Shown in pieces: positions 38,667 through 51,774 of a stretch of 64,000 nucleotides of DNA. Source of the DNA: Haliotis rufescens (Eukaryota); the NCBI RefSeq assembly GCF_023055435.1, contig NW_025963891.1, forward strand, positions 16,058,001-16,122,000. The letters are read 5' to 3'. The notes under the pieces are model-generated. The model worked only from the letters and a program-made list of their open reading frames with translations. It searched no databases and was not told where the DNA came from. Position 1 is the stretch's first letter. Every line of letters begins with the position of its first letter. The position numbers and the translations under genes are program-made.

Positions 38667-39779
38667 GTCCTCGAAGTGAAGATGGAAGGAAGCGCGCAGG
38701 AAGTTATCATACCCTTCTCGACACCTTTTCCTGGAGTCCCATGAGACTGTCGCTGCCCCCTTTAATCCACAGTAATATCCTAAGTCGGAAAGAATCCTGC
38801 GAAGCGATCGTTCTCAAGGCCCCAACCTGAACGGCGGGAGATAACCAAATGAAGTGCGCTCTCCTCTCCTGTCGTCTGCTAAGTATTGGCAACGTGAGGC
38901 TATCGATTCTAACGGCCCGTGCCGCTCTCGTGCGCACGTGCAACAGAAATCAGCGATACGCGCAATCAAGAGTATTCACAATCTCCCGTGAAGACAGCCA
39001 TTGTTCATGTTTCATATGTGCGTCATTCCTCATTTAAAATCGATATCAATCACCTACACCTGTTTACATGCGGACAGGAGAACGGCAGGTTTTTTTCTCA
39101 GACTGGTCCATGTGTCGGGAATAGTCACCCTTGAACAAACAAGCACACGTTTCCTTGATTGAAACTTCTGTAAAGAAATGTTGAATCAGTTGTGGGAACA
39201 ATTCTCTTCTCACACATAGAGTTGGGGTTTTGACGTAAAATGATCCTATTTAAAGCAATGTCCCTGCCACGTCTATATTCCGCATCATCTGTTGCACAGT
39301 AAAGAGAGGACACAAGCATAACATTTCCCTGGACCACAAATCACATCACGGAGGTCGCGAACAGGTTATCCCATTGGTCAAGTCCACACACCTTGAAACG
39401 GCGTCTCCCAGAGCGTACGATCGACACTGAATGTGTTCCTCGGAGCACGAATCGCCCCATTGTCGACGACCTGGCGACTGAGATGGGTCAGTGAACGGTA
39501 GTGAGTGTGTAACTTTTCCGTAGCATCGGAGAAAAGATCAATTGGCGTAACTTATGTGGCACGCAATTATTCGTTTGTATGTTTACGGTCGACTTGTCTT
39601 ACTTGTTGGTCGACGAGAGAGGTGAGTCTGGAGTCAGTGTACAGAGGTTTGATTGCTATTAAAGTAGCGTGAAGTTACAGGAGCAGTTGTAGATCGAGTT
39701 TAATGTGTACGGATTCGACAAAATTCATCCTCAATTTATCATTCCTTAAACATACATTCATGTTACACCTACATCCTCC

Positions 39780-39781
<2 letters not shown>

Positions 39782-39851
<70 letters not shown>
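39782..39851. repeat. (CT)n microsatellite
   Basis: About 35 perfect dinucleotides. Confidence 0.98.
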
Positions 39852-39853
<2 letters not shown>

Positions 39854-40405
39854 GTGTGTCTGTTGTACACCTCTCTCACACATCTGCATGTGTCTGTTGT
39901 ACACCTTTCTCAAACATATTCACGTGTGTCTGTTGTACACCTCTCTCAAACATCTACACATGTGATTGTTATACACCTTTGTCACACATCTACGCATGTG
40001 TTTGTTGTACACCTCTCGCACACATCTACACGTGTATCTGTTGTACACCCCTCTCAAACATCTACACTTGTGTCTGTTGTACACCTCTCGCACACATCTA
40101 CACGTGTATCTGTTGTACACCCCTCTCAAACATCTACACTTGTGTCTGTTGTACACGTTTCTTACACATCTACACGTGTGTCTGTTGTACACTTCTCTTA
40201 AACATCTACATGTGTGTCTGTTGTACACGTCTTCATCAACTACACTTGTGTCCGTTTTACACGTTTCTCACACATCTACGTGTGTCTGTTGTACACTTCA
40301 CTCAAACATCTACACGTGTGTCTGTTGTACACCTCTCCATCATCTACACGTGTGCCTGTTGTACACTTCGCTCAAACATCTACACGTGTGTCTGTTGTAC
40401 CTCCT
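39852..40405. repeat. 36-bp minisatellite, about 15 units
   Basis: Unit about tacacctctctcaaacatctacacgtgtgtctgttg. Confidence 0.95.
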
Positions 40406-42254
40406 CTTTTACCACTCGAACTTTTATTTATCTTCAATAGCCTCTCGTATTTCACACAGGTTTACATGTAATACATTCCTATCTGAGATCAACAGCATGT
40501 CGGAATTTTCTTATTGAAACATCGACAAAATCTGATCCTTTCTACAAGTTAAGCTAGCAAATTAAAGGATACATTTGAAGAGCAATATTAAATCTCAAAT
40601 CTGATTTTCTTATGATCACACATGTTTCAATTTAAATCATAAAAATACATCCGCAGAAAAAATGCTCAAACAGAATCGTTAAGTACAAATGTTATTGATG
40701 GTGTTGATATGTAACATGAAAAACAAATAATAAACAGCCGCAATGACGCTCATCCCCAGCATCAAGGATCAAGCGAAACATCATACTTTAACTCCTCTCA
40801 GAAATTAATCAACACTTGGGTGTTTTATTTCTCTGCTATCTACGACTACCACCGACCTTGGTATTGTATTACACACATTAAACTTGGAGATCGGGATGCA
40901 GATACGAGAGTTAATCAAGCCGAGCACTGAGTCAACATGCACATTAAGACGTCCATCATCCAGTCATGTGACACCGCACCTTGATACTGACAGCTTGACG
41001 GTGTACATGTAGTGTATAACTGAATGAGGTAATAAGCATCCCTACTGGACAGGGCTTAACCGGTAAAACGGCGAGTATGTTATAAGGGAGTTATGGCCCC
41101 TTTTCCGTGTCCGGGTTTCCATAACGTTACAGATGTATAAATTGCTTCAGTCATCTTTTGATTTCATAACCCATAATACATTATCGGTATGCTGCATCGA
41201 TACGTGTTATTGCATTATATACAACATTCAACATGCTAAATGTGTCAATAATCACACGTCTGGTATAATAGAAAATAAAGATTTCTAAATAGCATACATT
41301 TAAGACGTCAAAGAGTGTAGATCTTTAATAATAGTATATACACATTTTGGCTATTATTTTCACGTACACCTGGTGTCATTGATTTTCAGATATCCAGTTA
41401 TATAGATCCATCAATATTTTGCATTTGAATCCGATAATCGTGATGATAGCGTTGATGTTATGTACTTACAACAAGAAGAGTTCGGGATAGAATCGCTACC
41501 CGCAATTGTTTGTCATAAGAGGGAACAGAATAGGGCGACGCAGTGAATTGAAGAACTGCGTGACAGCGTACCCGACGGCGTGGGAAGGTGCTCACAATAT
41601 CAACCAGTGGTGTGGCTGATCCAGACTCGATAAGTTACAGGCCAGTCTGATATAGCTTGTATATCATATTAAGCATCTAGACAATATTGCGAAGTAAATG
41701 ATTGTTACTTCAAAATAGCGAATAATATGTACAACAGTGCCCTTTTTTGCTAGCCTGTGATGCAGAGCTGTGAAACAGCCCTGTGGAATTCTATACACAT
41801 TATATAAGGATCTGTAGCCATTAAATGCGATGTATCGTTTTGTTAAAGAAAGAAACAGTTATTGCTTAGAGATTCAAATATTTATGTCTTACTTATCTTA
41901 TTTTTATAGCCACTTGGAAATATTATCTTGTAGGCGTAGATTAAGTAATCAGTAGGAACTAGGGAGGTTCCTAGAATTCAGTTGTTTTCGTATGAAAGTC
42001 CGGTACTGAGATGCATGTCTCTAGAAGCATTGCAAATGTAGTTATGTTGTTTTATTACTCAACAAGATAACATCATACAGAGTCGATAAGTAATGTGTAT
42101 ACCACGCTGAATGACAGATGTAAGTTTTAAGGTAATAACTATGAAAATTTTATGTATTTAAGTTAAACTTTTTGTTCTCCGTTTTGCAGATGTCGTGGAA
42201 TGTTCCTGGAGATTAAAGCGAAACTAAACTCTCTGATTAGTGAGGACACACGTT

Positions 42255-42873
42255 ATTACGTGTAAACAATGAAAACACTTGAAACACCGTTAACATGGAC
42301 CGATACATTGCAAACATTGATTTTAAACAATGTAAACATGGACTGATACACTGTAAACGTTGACTGATACACTGTAAACATGGACTGATACACTGTAAAT
42401 ATGGACTGATACACTGTAAACATGAACTGATACACTATAAACATTGATTTGAAACACTATTAACATGGACTGATCCACTGTAAACATGGACTGATACACT
42501 GTAAACATGGACTGGTACACTGTAAACGTGGACTGATACACTGTAAACATGGACTGGTACACTGTAAATATGGACTGATACACTGTAAACATGAACTGAT
42601 ACACCATAAACATTGATTTGAAACACTATTAACATGGACTGATACACTGTAAACATGAACTGATACACCGTTAACATGGACTGGTACACTGTAAACGTGG
42701 ACTGATACACTGTAAACATGGACTGGTACACTGTAAACGTGGACTGGTACACTGTAAATGTGGACTGATACATTATAAACATGAACTGATACACTGTAAA
42801 CATGGACTGGTACACTGTAAACGTGGACTGATACATTGTAAACATGAACTGATACACTGTTAACGTGGACTGA
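42255..42873. repeat. 21-bp minisatellite, about 29 units
   Basis: Unit acactgtaaacatggactgat, with a recurring variant unit (cattgatttgaaacac). Confidence 0.95.
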
Positions 42874-43592
42874 TCGTTGGACTTTCCTGTATACACAACG
42901 TAAATGATTAAGCCAATTTTAACCTTTTTCTTCAGTAATAACGCCTCGTCTGTATCACAGATGCTTGTGTTATCAGACACAGCGCGGAGGTCGATACTGT
43001 ATAAGCACTTGTCTGAAGAGTTGAGTACCACAACACACTAAATCAGCCAGGTCACCTTCGCGGAAAGTCGGTCTAACTATTACCCATCTCATTCCATATA
43101 CAATCATGTACTTATCCACTCAGAGTAATCCAGCAGGTCGACTTCAATAAACTTATTAGTCGTACTTCACCGCAACAAAGAACTTGGAAGTATTTCTAAC
43201 CTTGAGTGTCCATGCGTGGGAACGATAGAACCAAATCACTCTCGGCCCCAGTATCTGTAGTTATGATTAACTATTGTATAATATTATACATAATTTGTAT
43301 TATTGTCATCCGAGATTTCACGTAATAAAATGTTGCAATTCTTAAACTATTCATTTGTGGTCAAAATTGTGAGAAAAATCAACACCTATTCAGCTGTATA
43401 TTCCAAACGGCAAGTTTCGATTTTGCCAAAACTGGCTCCATAGGGCGTAAAAGGCAAAATAGCGATGGTAATTATATAAATGGATCACTGAAAAGCAGTG
43501 AGCGCGAAAAGAGTAAGGGGTCTTGCTCAACCGGACACTTAAACAATCTCCATTGGCATGTATGTTAAAGTAAGTGTTTGACTACTAGGTTC

Positions 43593-43870
43593 GGGACAGG
43601 ATGGTCCAGTCGTCTAAGGCGCCGCGTTTCGCTGTGCAGAGTTGCGTCCCTTGGGCACGCCAGAAACCTATGATTGTGGGTTCGAATCCCGGTTCGCCCC
43701 GATTTTGTTTCTAGGTTTGTCAGCACTATACCCGTGCTCGTGGGTTTCACCGAAGTGGTAAACGTCTGAGACCTGCATCACTTCGGGCTTTCCTCCCACA
43801 ATGAGCTGACACGCAGTGATACAACTGAAATACTGTCAAAAGCGGCGCTAAAACCCAACTCACTCACTCA
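43593..43870 (+). mobile_element. SINE family B, full length
   Basis: Colinear with the reverse complement of 25443-25726. Confidence 0.92.
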
Positions 43871-44169
43871 TTCTACAACCGATCGGGCGCTGGTGCTTCT
43901 CTTTTCGACAAGAACGGTTTAATTTCACACTATGGAACATTCCGTTACTGGTCATAGGCGACAGGGCTGGTTTCAACTTGTTGTCTTATTGTATTTATCA
44001 GGTCCCTCAGTCGCAAATTATTTATTTATTAAGTAAAACATGGCTGATACAGGTTTCGATAATCACTTTTGAATCGTTACTTTGAAAGTAAACTACTTTC
44101 AATTGAGGAGTGGCCATTTCCCTCCAACTAAGTCATTTTCCTGACATTTTTTGTTCGTTTAAGAATTTA

Positions 44170-44904
44170 ACCGCCCCCGTGATCTAGCGGATAGAGTGGA
44201 ATGTCGGTGCTTCGATCCCCTGGTCGCGTTGTACGAAAAGAGGTTAAAAGATGGTACGTTTTGTTACCCTACCTGGCGCTTGGCATAAAGACATAAAATA
44301 AGGATTGTTGGCGTAGTCAGTATACTGTGGGGTATACATGTTAAAGTGAACCATGGCACCTAGCACTGTAAAACCAGTAAAACTCTGCCTAAACTGTCGG
44401 GCAAAAGAAAGTTATCATTTGAAACTTGGATTTGCCCCCAAAATTACAAACGTTGTCTAAACTAATCCGGAGTCATGTTGAATTTATAGTGCTAGCCCAC
44501 TGAGAAACCACATGCCGCAGTTTAACATGAAAGCCCCACTCAGACACAGTATGCTGACTCAGTTCCGACCAGTCCTTGTTTCAGCCCGTTTATGCCGAGC
44601 GCCAGACAGGGTAACAACAAATACCATCTTTTAACGTCTTTTGGTATGACGCGGCCGGGATCGAACCCCGGACCTTCCGCTCTCCAGGCGGACGCTCTAC
44701 CACTAGATCACGGAGGCGGTCGATTATGCTAAGAGACAGCTGAGGTTATGCCATGGTGTTCTTGGTCCAGCACGAAGTGTGTAATTAAGGACTGTCAATT
44801 TAGTTAACATTGCATAATAATGTTTGGAGGGTTATAGTATGGCAACCATCTAGTACAGGCAGCCACACACAGAGGCATGCATGAGACGTTAACCTCACCT
44901 CACC
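44170..44904 (+). mobile_element. Old SINE family C copy split in two (44170-44375 and 44850-44904) by an inserted segment
   Basis: The 5' part ends at tagcactgtaaa; the 3' part resumes at ctagtacaggcagccacacac...cctcacctcacc. Confidence 0.72.
44482..44721 (-). mobile_element. SINE family C, lacking its 3' part, carrying about 130 bp of the 56.3-kb locus flank
   Basis: Head and central domain present; 44722-44851 aligns to the reverse complement of 56318-56445. Confidence 0.88.
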
Positions 44905-45375
44905 TTGTATTTTAGAATTACGCTTCCACAGACCATTCCAGTGCATCTTCCCTGTTTAGTCTATTATTTACAATTTACGTGAGTTCATCAGAATTCAAAA
45001 GATAGATATATGGATGATAAAAAGGTAGCCACACACTGTGTGAATGTCTGTGATTTTATCTGTGCTTATAACACATGTAGGTAAGAACATATACAACGTC
45101 GCGAGCAGCATTAATTGGTTGATGAACAGAATAAACCTTTACGTGTCTCCATAATTACTTCTTGTGTTCAAGCTCGACGTGCCAACAAAAATAACCATCA
45201 CACTGTCTTGTTTTCAAGAAGATTGACAGCTTATCTGTATCCAAGTCAAGTGATCACTATAAGCTAAGCTGTTAATACTTACATGTACGTTAATCAAACG
45301 ATACACCGCACAAGTACCCATGACGCAAGTAGATACCGACATGGATGACCCGATGATGCATTCTATTGATACCTA

Positions 45376-45972
45376 CCATGTGAGGTATCTATTGATGTGT
45401 TAGTGAAGACTATCGTGCATCAAACAGTATTACAGCAATATCACGGCGGTTGACACCTCCCATGTGAGGTATCTATTGATGTGTTAGTGAAGACTATCGT
45501 GCATCAAACAGTATTACAGCAATATCACGGCGGTTGACTCCTCCCATGTTAGGTATCTATTGATGTGTTAGTGAAGACTATCGTGCATCAAACAGTATTA
45601 CAACAATATCACGGCGGTTGACACCTCCCATGTGAGGTATCTATTGATGTGTTAGTGAAGACTATCGTGCATCAAACAGTATTACAACAATATCACGGCG
45701 GTTGACACCTCCCATGTGGGGTATCTATTGATGTGTTAGTGAAGACTATCGTGCATCAAACAGTATTACAGCAATATCACGGCGGTTGACACCTCCCATG
45801 TGAGGTATCTATTGATGTGTTAGTGAAGACTATCGTGAATCAAACAGTATTACTACAATATCAAGGCGGTTGACACCTCCCATGTGAAGTATCTATTGAT
45901 GTGTTAGTGAAGACTATCGTGCATCAAACAGTATTACAGCAATATCACGGCGGTTGAAACCTCCCATGTGAG
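45376..45972. repeat. 84-bp tandem repeat, 7 full units plus an interrupted 8th
   Basis: ccatg anchors at 45376, 45460, 45544, 45628, 45712, 45796, 45880 and 45964. Confidence 0.97.
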
Positions 45973-46131
45973 TGAGTGATTATAGCTTTACGCCGCATTT
46001 AGCAATATTCCAGCAATGTTACGGCGGGGGACACCATAAATGGGCTTCACAAATTGTCCCCATGTAGGGAATCGAACCTGGGTCTTCGGCGTGACGAGCG
46101 AACGCTGTAACCACTAGGCTACCCCGCTCCT
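45973..46131 (-). mobile_element. tRNA-derived SINE, family A, inserted in the last unit of an 84-bp tandem array
   Basis: Reverse complement of family A; TSD cctcc(c/a)atgtgag at 45960-45972 and 46132-46144. Confidence 0.9.
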
Positions 46132-47171
46132 CCTCCAATGTGAGGTATCTCTTGATGTGTTAGTGAGGACTAAGAACCCAAGTCTGTCTTCATGAGCGAA
46201 CGTTTTACCTTCTTGGGTACTTTCCAGTCCTTTTTGAGGATGGAATCTGTCTAGTCTAGACGTTTTCTGTGTTGAGTTGACTATTGCCCTCGTGGGGCAC
46301 ACGAAAATATAACTTGATTGTGATTGTAGGTATTTCAGCACCGACTTCGTGCTCATGGGGTTTGATACCGAAAATGTTTACAGGTTAACGTTGTGCGTTC
46401 CGGACACAAATGCACCTGAAATACGGTTCAAAGTGGAGTGAAACACACATCATCCATTATATTATCACATCTATATATCGATGTTGTGTTGGTTCCACTG
46501 ACAGTTACCACGTGGACGATGCACAACAAGGATGGTTAAAGTTAAAAACAGATCGTCAGCGTTGACCACATCTCCCTGTAAAGTACCCATTGACATGACA
46601 CGAACCCATCCAAACCGTTATTCCCCATTTCAACAAAGTTATAAACTGATATAAAGCGTATAAACTAGATACGAGACCATAAGCTATGAACAGGTTTTCC
46701 TTGTTTGTCATCGAGCCTGATCACTCGATCCTTTTCGTAAATATAGGTTGCTGGGCACCAATTCGGAGCCGGAATTCGCACGGTGAAGCAATAATTACAG
46801 GACTGGTACAATTACCTTTCTTATGATTATTGGAATATTGTCGCAATTTTACATAACCTGAACCAGATGGTACTACAGTATATCAAGATATGATTTGCCA
46901 AAGAGACTAAGAGGAAGCTGTTTGGAAGACGCTGGACTCATGTTTGAAGAAGATATGTATGACTGCGAGTATGATATCTTTGGATTGTTTGATCACATAA
47001 AATATTCATCTCATCTAGTGACCTGGTGTAATGTTTTTTCAGTTGGATAAAAAAGACGAAATGTTCTATCCTACATATATAATCCTTCTGATCTTAGTCT
47101 GAAAACGATAATGTCATTTATGTAAACTGAAACGTAATTTCATTTGAGAGATTACATTCAATTTGTGTCTA

Positions 47172-48410
47172 ACTTGCCTCACCTTAAACCATGCCTTACT
47201 TGAACCTTGCCTTACGTTTGACCTTGCCGTACATTAAACCTTGCTTTTATTGAAGTAAGGTTCACACTTAACTTTGCCTTACATTAAATCTTGTCTTAAA
47301 TTTAACCTTGCCTTACACTGAACTTCGGCTTACATAATTAAATCTTGCTTTACATTTAATTTTGCCTTACATTACCTTATAAAATACCTTGCCTTTAAGT
47401 AAACCTAGCCTCACACTAAATTTGTTTCTTATATTGAATTTTGTCTACATTACACATTGTCTGACAATGAACCTTGCCTCACATTATACAATACTCACAC
47501 TGAACCTTGCCTCACATTACACAATACTTACACTAAACCTTGCCTCACATTACACAATACTCACACTGAACCTTGCCTCACATTACACAATACTCACACT
47601 GAACCTTGCCTCACATTACACAATACTTACACTAAACCTTGCCTCACATTACACAATACTTACACTGAACCTTGCCTCACATTACACAACACTTACACTG
47701 AACCTTGCCTCACATTACACAATACTTACACTGAACCTTGCCTCACATTACACAATACTTACACTGAACCTTGCCTCACATTACACAATATATACACTGA
47801 ACCTTGCCTCACATTACACAATACTTACACTGAACCTTGCCTCACATTACACAACACTTACACTGAACCTTGCCTCACATTATACAATACTTACACTGAA
47901 CCTTGCCTCACATTACACAATACTCACACTGAACCTTGCCTCACATTATACAATACTCACACTGAACCTTGCCTCACATTACACAATACTTACACTAAAC
48001 CTTGCCTCACATTACACAACACTTACACTGAACCTTGCCTCACATTACACAACACTGACACTGAACCTTGCCTCACATTACACAATACTTACACTGAACC
48101 TTGCCTCACATTACACAATACTTACACTGAACCTTGCCTCACATTATACAATACTCACACTGAACCTTGCCTCACATTACACAATACTTACACTAAACCT
48201 TGCCTCACATTACACAATACTTACACTGAACCTTGCCTCACATTACACAACACTTACACTGAACCTTGCCTCACATTACACAATACTTACACTGAACCTT
48301 GCCTCACATTACACAATACTTACACTGAACCTTGCCTCACATTACACAATACTTACACTGAACCTTGCTCACATTACACAATACGAACACTGAACCTTGC
48401 CTAGCACTGA
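47172..48410. repeat. Degenerate 17-bp array (about 47172-47465) grading into a homogeneous 33-bp minisatellite (about 28 units)
   Basis: 33-mer aaccttgcctcacattacacaatacttacactg; 17-mer about accttgccttacattaa. Confidence 0.95.
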
Positions 48411-49199
48411 ACTGTTATGTGCACTGACATTGACGTACAGCTGTAGACGTATGTGTGACTAATGATATTAACATAATTACAATTATATCATTATGGGTAT
48501 CAGGATAACACATCTGACACAGCACGAAAAGTGAGTCTGGAGCTAAAGTGCAACGTGTAGAAATTGATCAGTCGTATTAGAAATGGTTAGAAACGCAAGG
48601 CATACCGCATTCAAATGGTAACCGTGCATCAATTAGTTTAATACGCGCTATCCTATAGAAATTTATAATTCAAATTTCAACCGACATATCAAGAAGTTGA
48701 AAATGAAATGCTCATGAAGAATATATTTCTGTCTGTGGCGTACAAGATGAAAAGATATTGCCCGCGCCCAGCTCTATAAATGTGTGAACCCATGATACGT
48801 CCATGTATAGGGTGGTGGGAAATTGTGATCAGGCAGTTTAATGTCAATGATGCGCAGCATTAAACCTCCACAATGTTATTCTGTGATTGCCCTGAGTGAA
48901 ACGTCTCAGCATTATGCATGTTTAATGGTTATAGCCCATGCTAAACAGGGGATGGTGTACAAACTGCTCTGCCTATTGGCTTTGATCAAGAAGGCTATAC
49001 AAAATAACGAGGTTGTAAAATTACAAAAAGCTGATTGGTTTCCCAAATGAGTAGACTGTGTGCTCTATGATAGTGTGTATAATTAAGTGAGTTTTGTAAC
49101 GTGTGATAACTACAGCTCTGATATTTCTGATTAAATTAAAGGATAGGACACACGACTCAGGAAAGTTTACCTTGTAAATGGCATGGGAGTAATGCTTTG

Positions 49200-49949
49200 A
49201 TCTTGGATTATGGACTGTAACATGCACGATTTACTTTCATTAGTCTCTTTGGGTAATATGATATTATTTCATATTTCTAAATATATATTTTACTTTCAAT
49301 TTTCGAAATCATTTCTGTCTCTATTGTGACAATGTTTGTAAAATAACAAAAGCGACAAAATCCTTCACAAAACCCTTTCAAGTCATGTGATATACTCAAA
49401 AGCGAAGTAACTGACTATGTTCAAATGTGATTTATGTCAGTAGCAAGCAATCTTGGATTATGGACTGTAACATGCACGATTTACTTTCATTAGTCTCTTT
49501 GGGTAATATGATATTATTTCATATTTCTAAATATATATTTTACTTTCAATTTTCGAAATCATTTCTGTCTCTATTGTGACAATGTTTGTAAAATAACAAA
49601 AGCGACAAAATCCTTCACAAAACCCTTTCAAGTCATGTGATATACTCAAAAGCGAAGTAACTGACTATGTTCAAATGTGATTTATGTCAGTAGCAAGCAA
49701 TCTTGGATTATGGACTGTAACATGCACGATTTACTTTCATTAGTCTCTTTGGGTAATATGATATTATTTCATATTTCTAAATATATATTTTACTTTCAAT
49801 TTTCGAAATCATTTCTGTCTCTATTGTGACAATGTTTGTAAAATAACAAAAGCGACAAAATCCTTCACAAAACCCTTTCAAGTCATGTGATATACTCAAA
49901 AGCGAAGTAACTGACTATGTTCAAATGTGATTTATGTCAGTAGCAAGCA
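49200..49949. repeat. Three identical 250-bp tandem copies
   Basis: tcttggattatgg at 49201, 49451 and 49701; no differences seen by eye. Confidence 0.97.
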
Positions 49950-50029
49950 GTCAGAACTCTTTCCTCTTCAATGATTTATCGTAAACTGGTGTGGGCCTGA
50001 TTATGCTCCCCTGGAGTTCTAAAGATGTA

Positions 50030-50179
50030 GGGAAGGTGGGGAAGCCTAGTGGTTAAATGGTTAAAGTGTTCCCTCGTCGCGGTTCGAGTGCCCACATGGG
50101 TACCATGTTTGACGCCCATTTCTGGTGTCACCCGCTGTGATATTGCAGAAATATCGCTAAAACGGTCTAAAAACTCACT
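50030..50179 (+). mobile_element. SINE family A, degenerate
   Basis: gcctagtggttaaa...cccatttctggtgtc...gatattgc. Confidence 0.8.
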
Positions 50180-50254
50180 GAGTTAGACAATTTGAACAAA
50201 CTAAATTCAAATGACCCTATTCAAGATGCAATTTGTGTGTTCTTTACTTTTGCT

Positions 50255-51365
50255 ACTACTTGCGGCTGCCAAGACTCATCATACTTCTGCCAACCTGAAG
50301 GTAATATAATCACGGGTCACTTCTCTAACATTAACAACTTTCGTCAGCTAATTAAATATTGACCAAAATATCATGAGCAGCCTCCTACGAATTGGGATCA
50401 CGAATTTAAAATCATTACGGATGCTTTCGAACCATATGCCAATAAATGGTCCAAACGAGAAGGGAAACCACGTTGAATGTCTTTCAGAGTGGGTTAAGTC
50501 AGTGCGTGAAGTTGTCATTGGTAGAATGAACAAACTTAATAAGAGGAAACAGAATTGGAATAATCCCTTTCTGTCCCAGCCAGCTGGCATCCAAAGTCTG
50601 GCTGTCCAACATGAAAACGTTGCACCCACTGACAAGGCCAAACTTAACGAAAAACTAAATTCCTGGATCTGTGGGGATTTTGTTACAAAACACGGTGACC
50701 ATAGATACAGTTACATATCTATCTTCACAGATTCAGGTCAATGTGTCAAAAATGAAAGAAGATGCCATCTAAAGTTTACTGAGAAAACAATAATGTGAAA
50801 TGCTGGACTTCCTCTATGTTTAGGAACTTAAGCGTCAGGTATATTGATGATCTGATATCGTTCAATGACCATCAAATGGCCATTTCCCTTCCTTTTATAT
50901 TATCTACACACCAGAACTAGAAATAAAGAAGACCAGAGAGACCGCCTTATTTGTTTCATGTTTAGATTTTTATGTAAGGATCAGTGACAAAACACTTTCT
51001 TCAAGACTGTATGACAAGAGGGATGACTTCAACTTTCCCATAGTCAACCTTCCCTTTATGTCGAGCAATACTCTAGCAGCACCAGCCTTTGGTGTCTACA
51101 TTTCATAACTTTCGAGGTACTATCAGACGTGCTCTTCTTTCAAGATATCAAAGAGCGTCATACGACCCTTGCTCAGAAGTTGTTTGATCAAGGTTACAAC
51201 ATTCATTTTCCCGGTGTTGCAGGATACGCTCATCTTTTCATAAACACCTTGTACATCACTATTTAATAGTGATTCATAAACACATGTTCATGAAAGTCGG
51301 ATTCCTACAAGCGACTTTGCTTTTGGCAGAGATTTCGGATGAATATGGAAAGGATGTTATCGCTT
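50255..51365 (+). mobile_element. Decayed Penelope-like retroelement (RT fragments plus 3' region)
   Basis: Motifs across frames: CGCQDS....PEGNIITG, RQLIKY*PKYHE (about KGPKYRE), CLSEWVKSVR, PTDKA, RYIDDLISFN, PELEIK, LYDKRDDFNFPIVNLPFMSSN..AAPAFGVYIS. Multiple stops and deletions. Confidence 0.8.
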
Positions 51366-51774
51366 TTTTTTGTGTCATGGTGAGTGTCCGGATATGTTCT
51401 TTCTCCAGTAGATATGACACGAAACAGATGGAAATCTAACCGTTATCACCAATATGCTATTTTTTCAATTCTTTTCTTCAAGTAAATATCCGATATTGAA
51501 ATTTGTAAATATACAGTAAATAATTGACGACGTGAATGGTGATTTAGTAATGCATCAGAAATGGAGAAATTAACGATTTACCTTATTTTCAGAGGTCACT
51601 TTCAGTAATTTAGCTTTGCCAAAAATGACGGTGATATTACAGAAAATGGAATTTCCTACAGAATGTAAAACCGTGAGGTGTATGATTGTGCGTGATGAAA
51701 TTTGAATTTGTTTCGACTTTTATTCGAAGTGGGCGTTGTTGAGGAGGGAGACATATGTCGCTGTGGCATCCAGG

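Noticed and set aside
38179-38679. 166-aa plus-strand ORF
   Set aside because: Antisense shadow of the GPCR exon.
39703-40517. Cys-rich, metallothionein- or keratin-like ORFs
   Set aside because: Read-through of (CT)n and a 36-bp minisatellite in several frames.
42256-43031. MFTVYQS-repeat ORFs
   Set aside because: 21-bp minisatellite.
45376-45972. CRISPR-like regular array
   Set aside because: Whole units repeat with no unique spacers, no cas genes, and the context is eukaryotic.
47389-48404. 334-aa and 315-aa ORFs
   Set aside because: Translations of a 33-bp minisatellite, open in two frames at once, with no unique domain.
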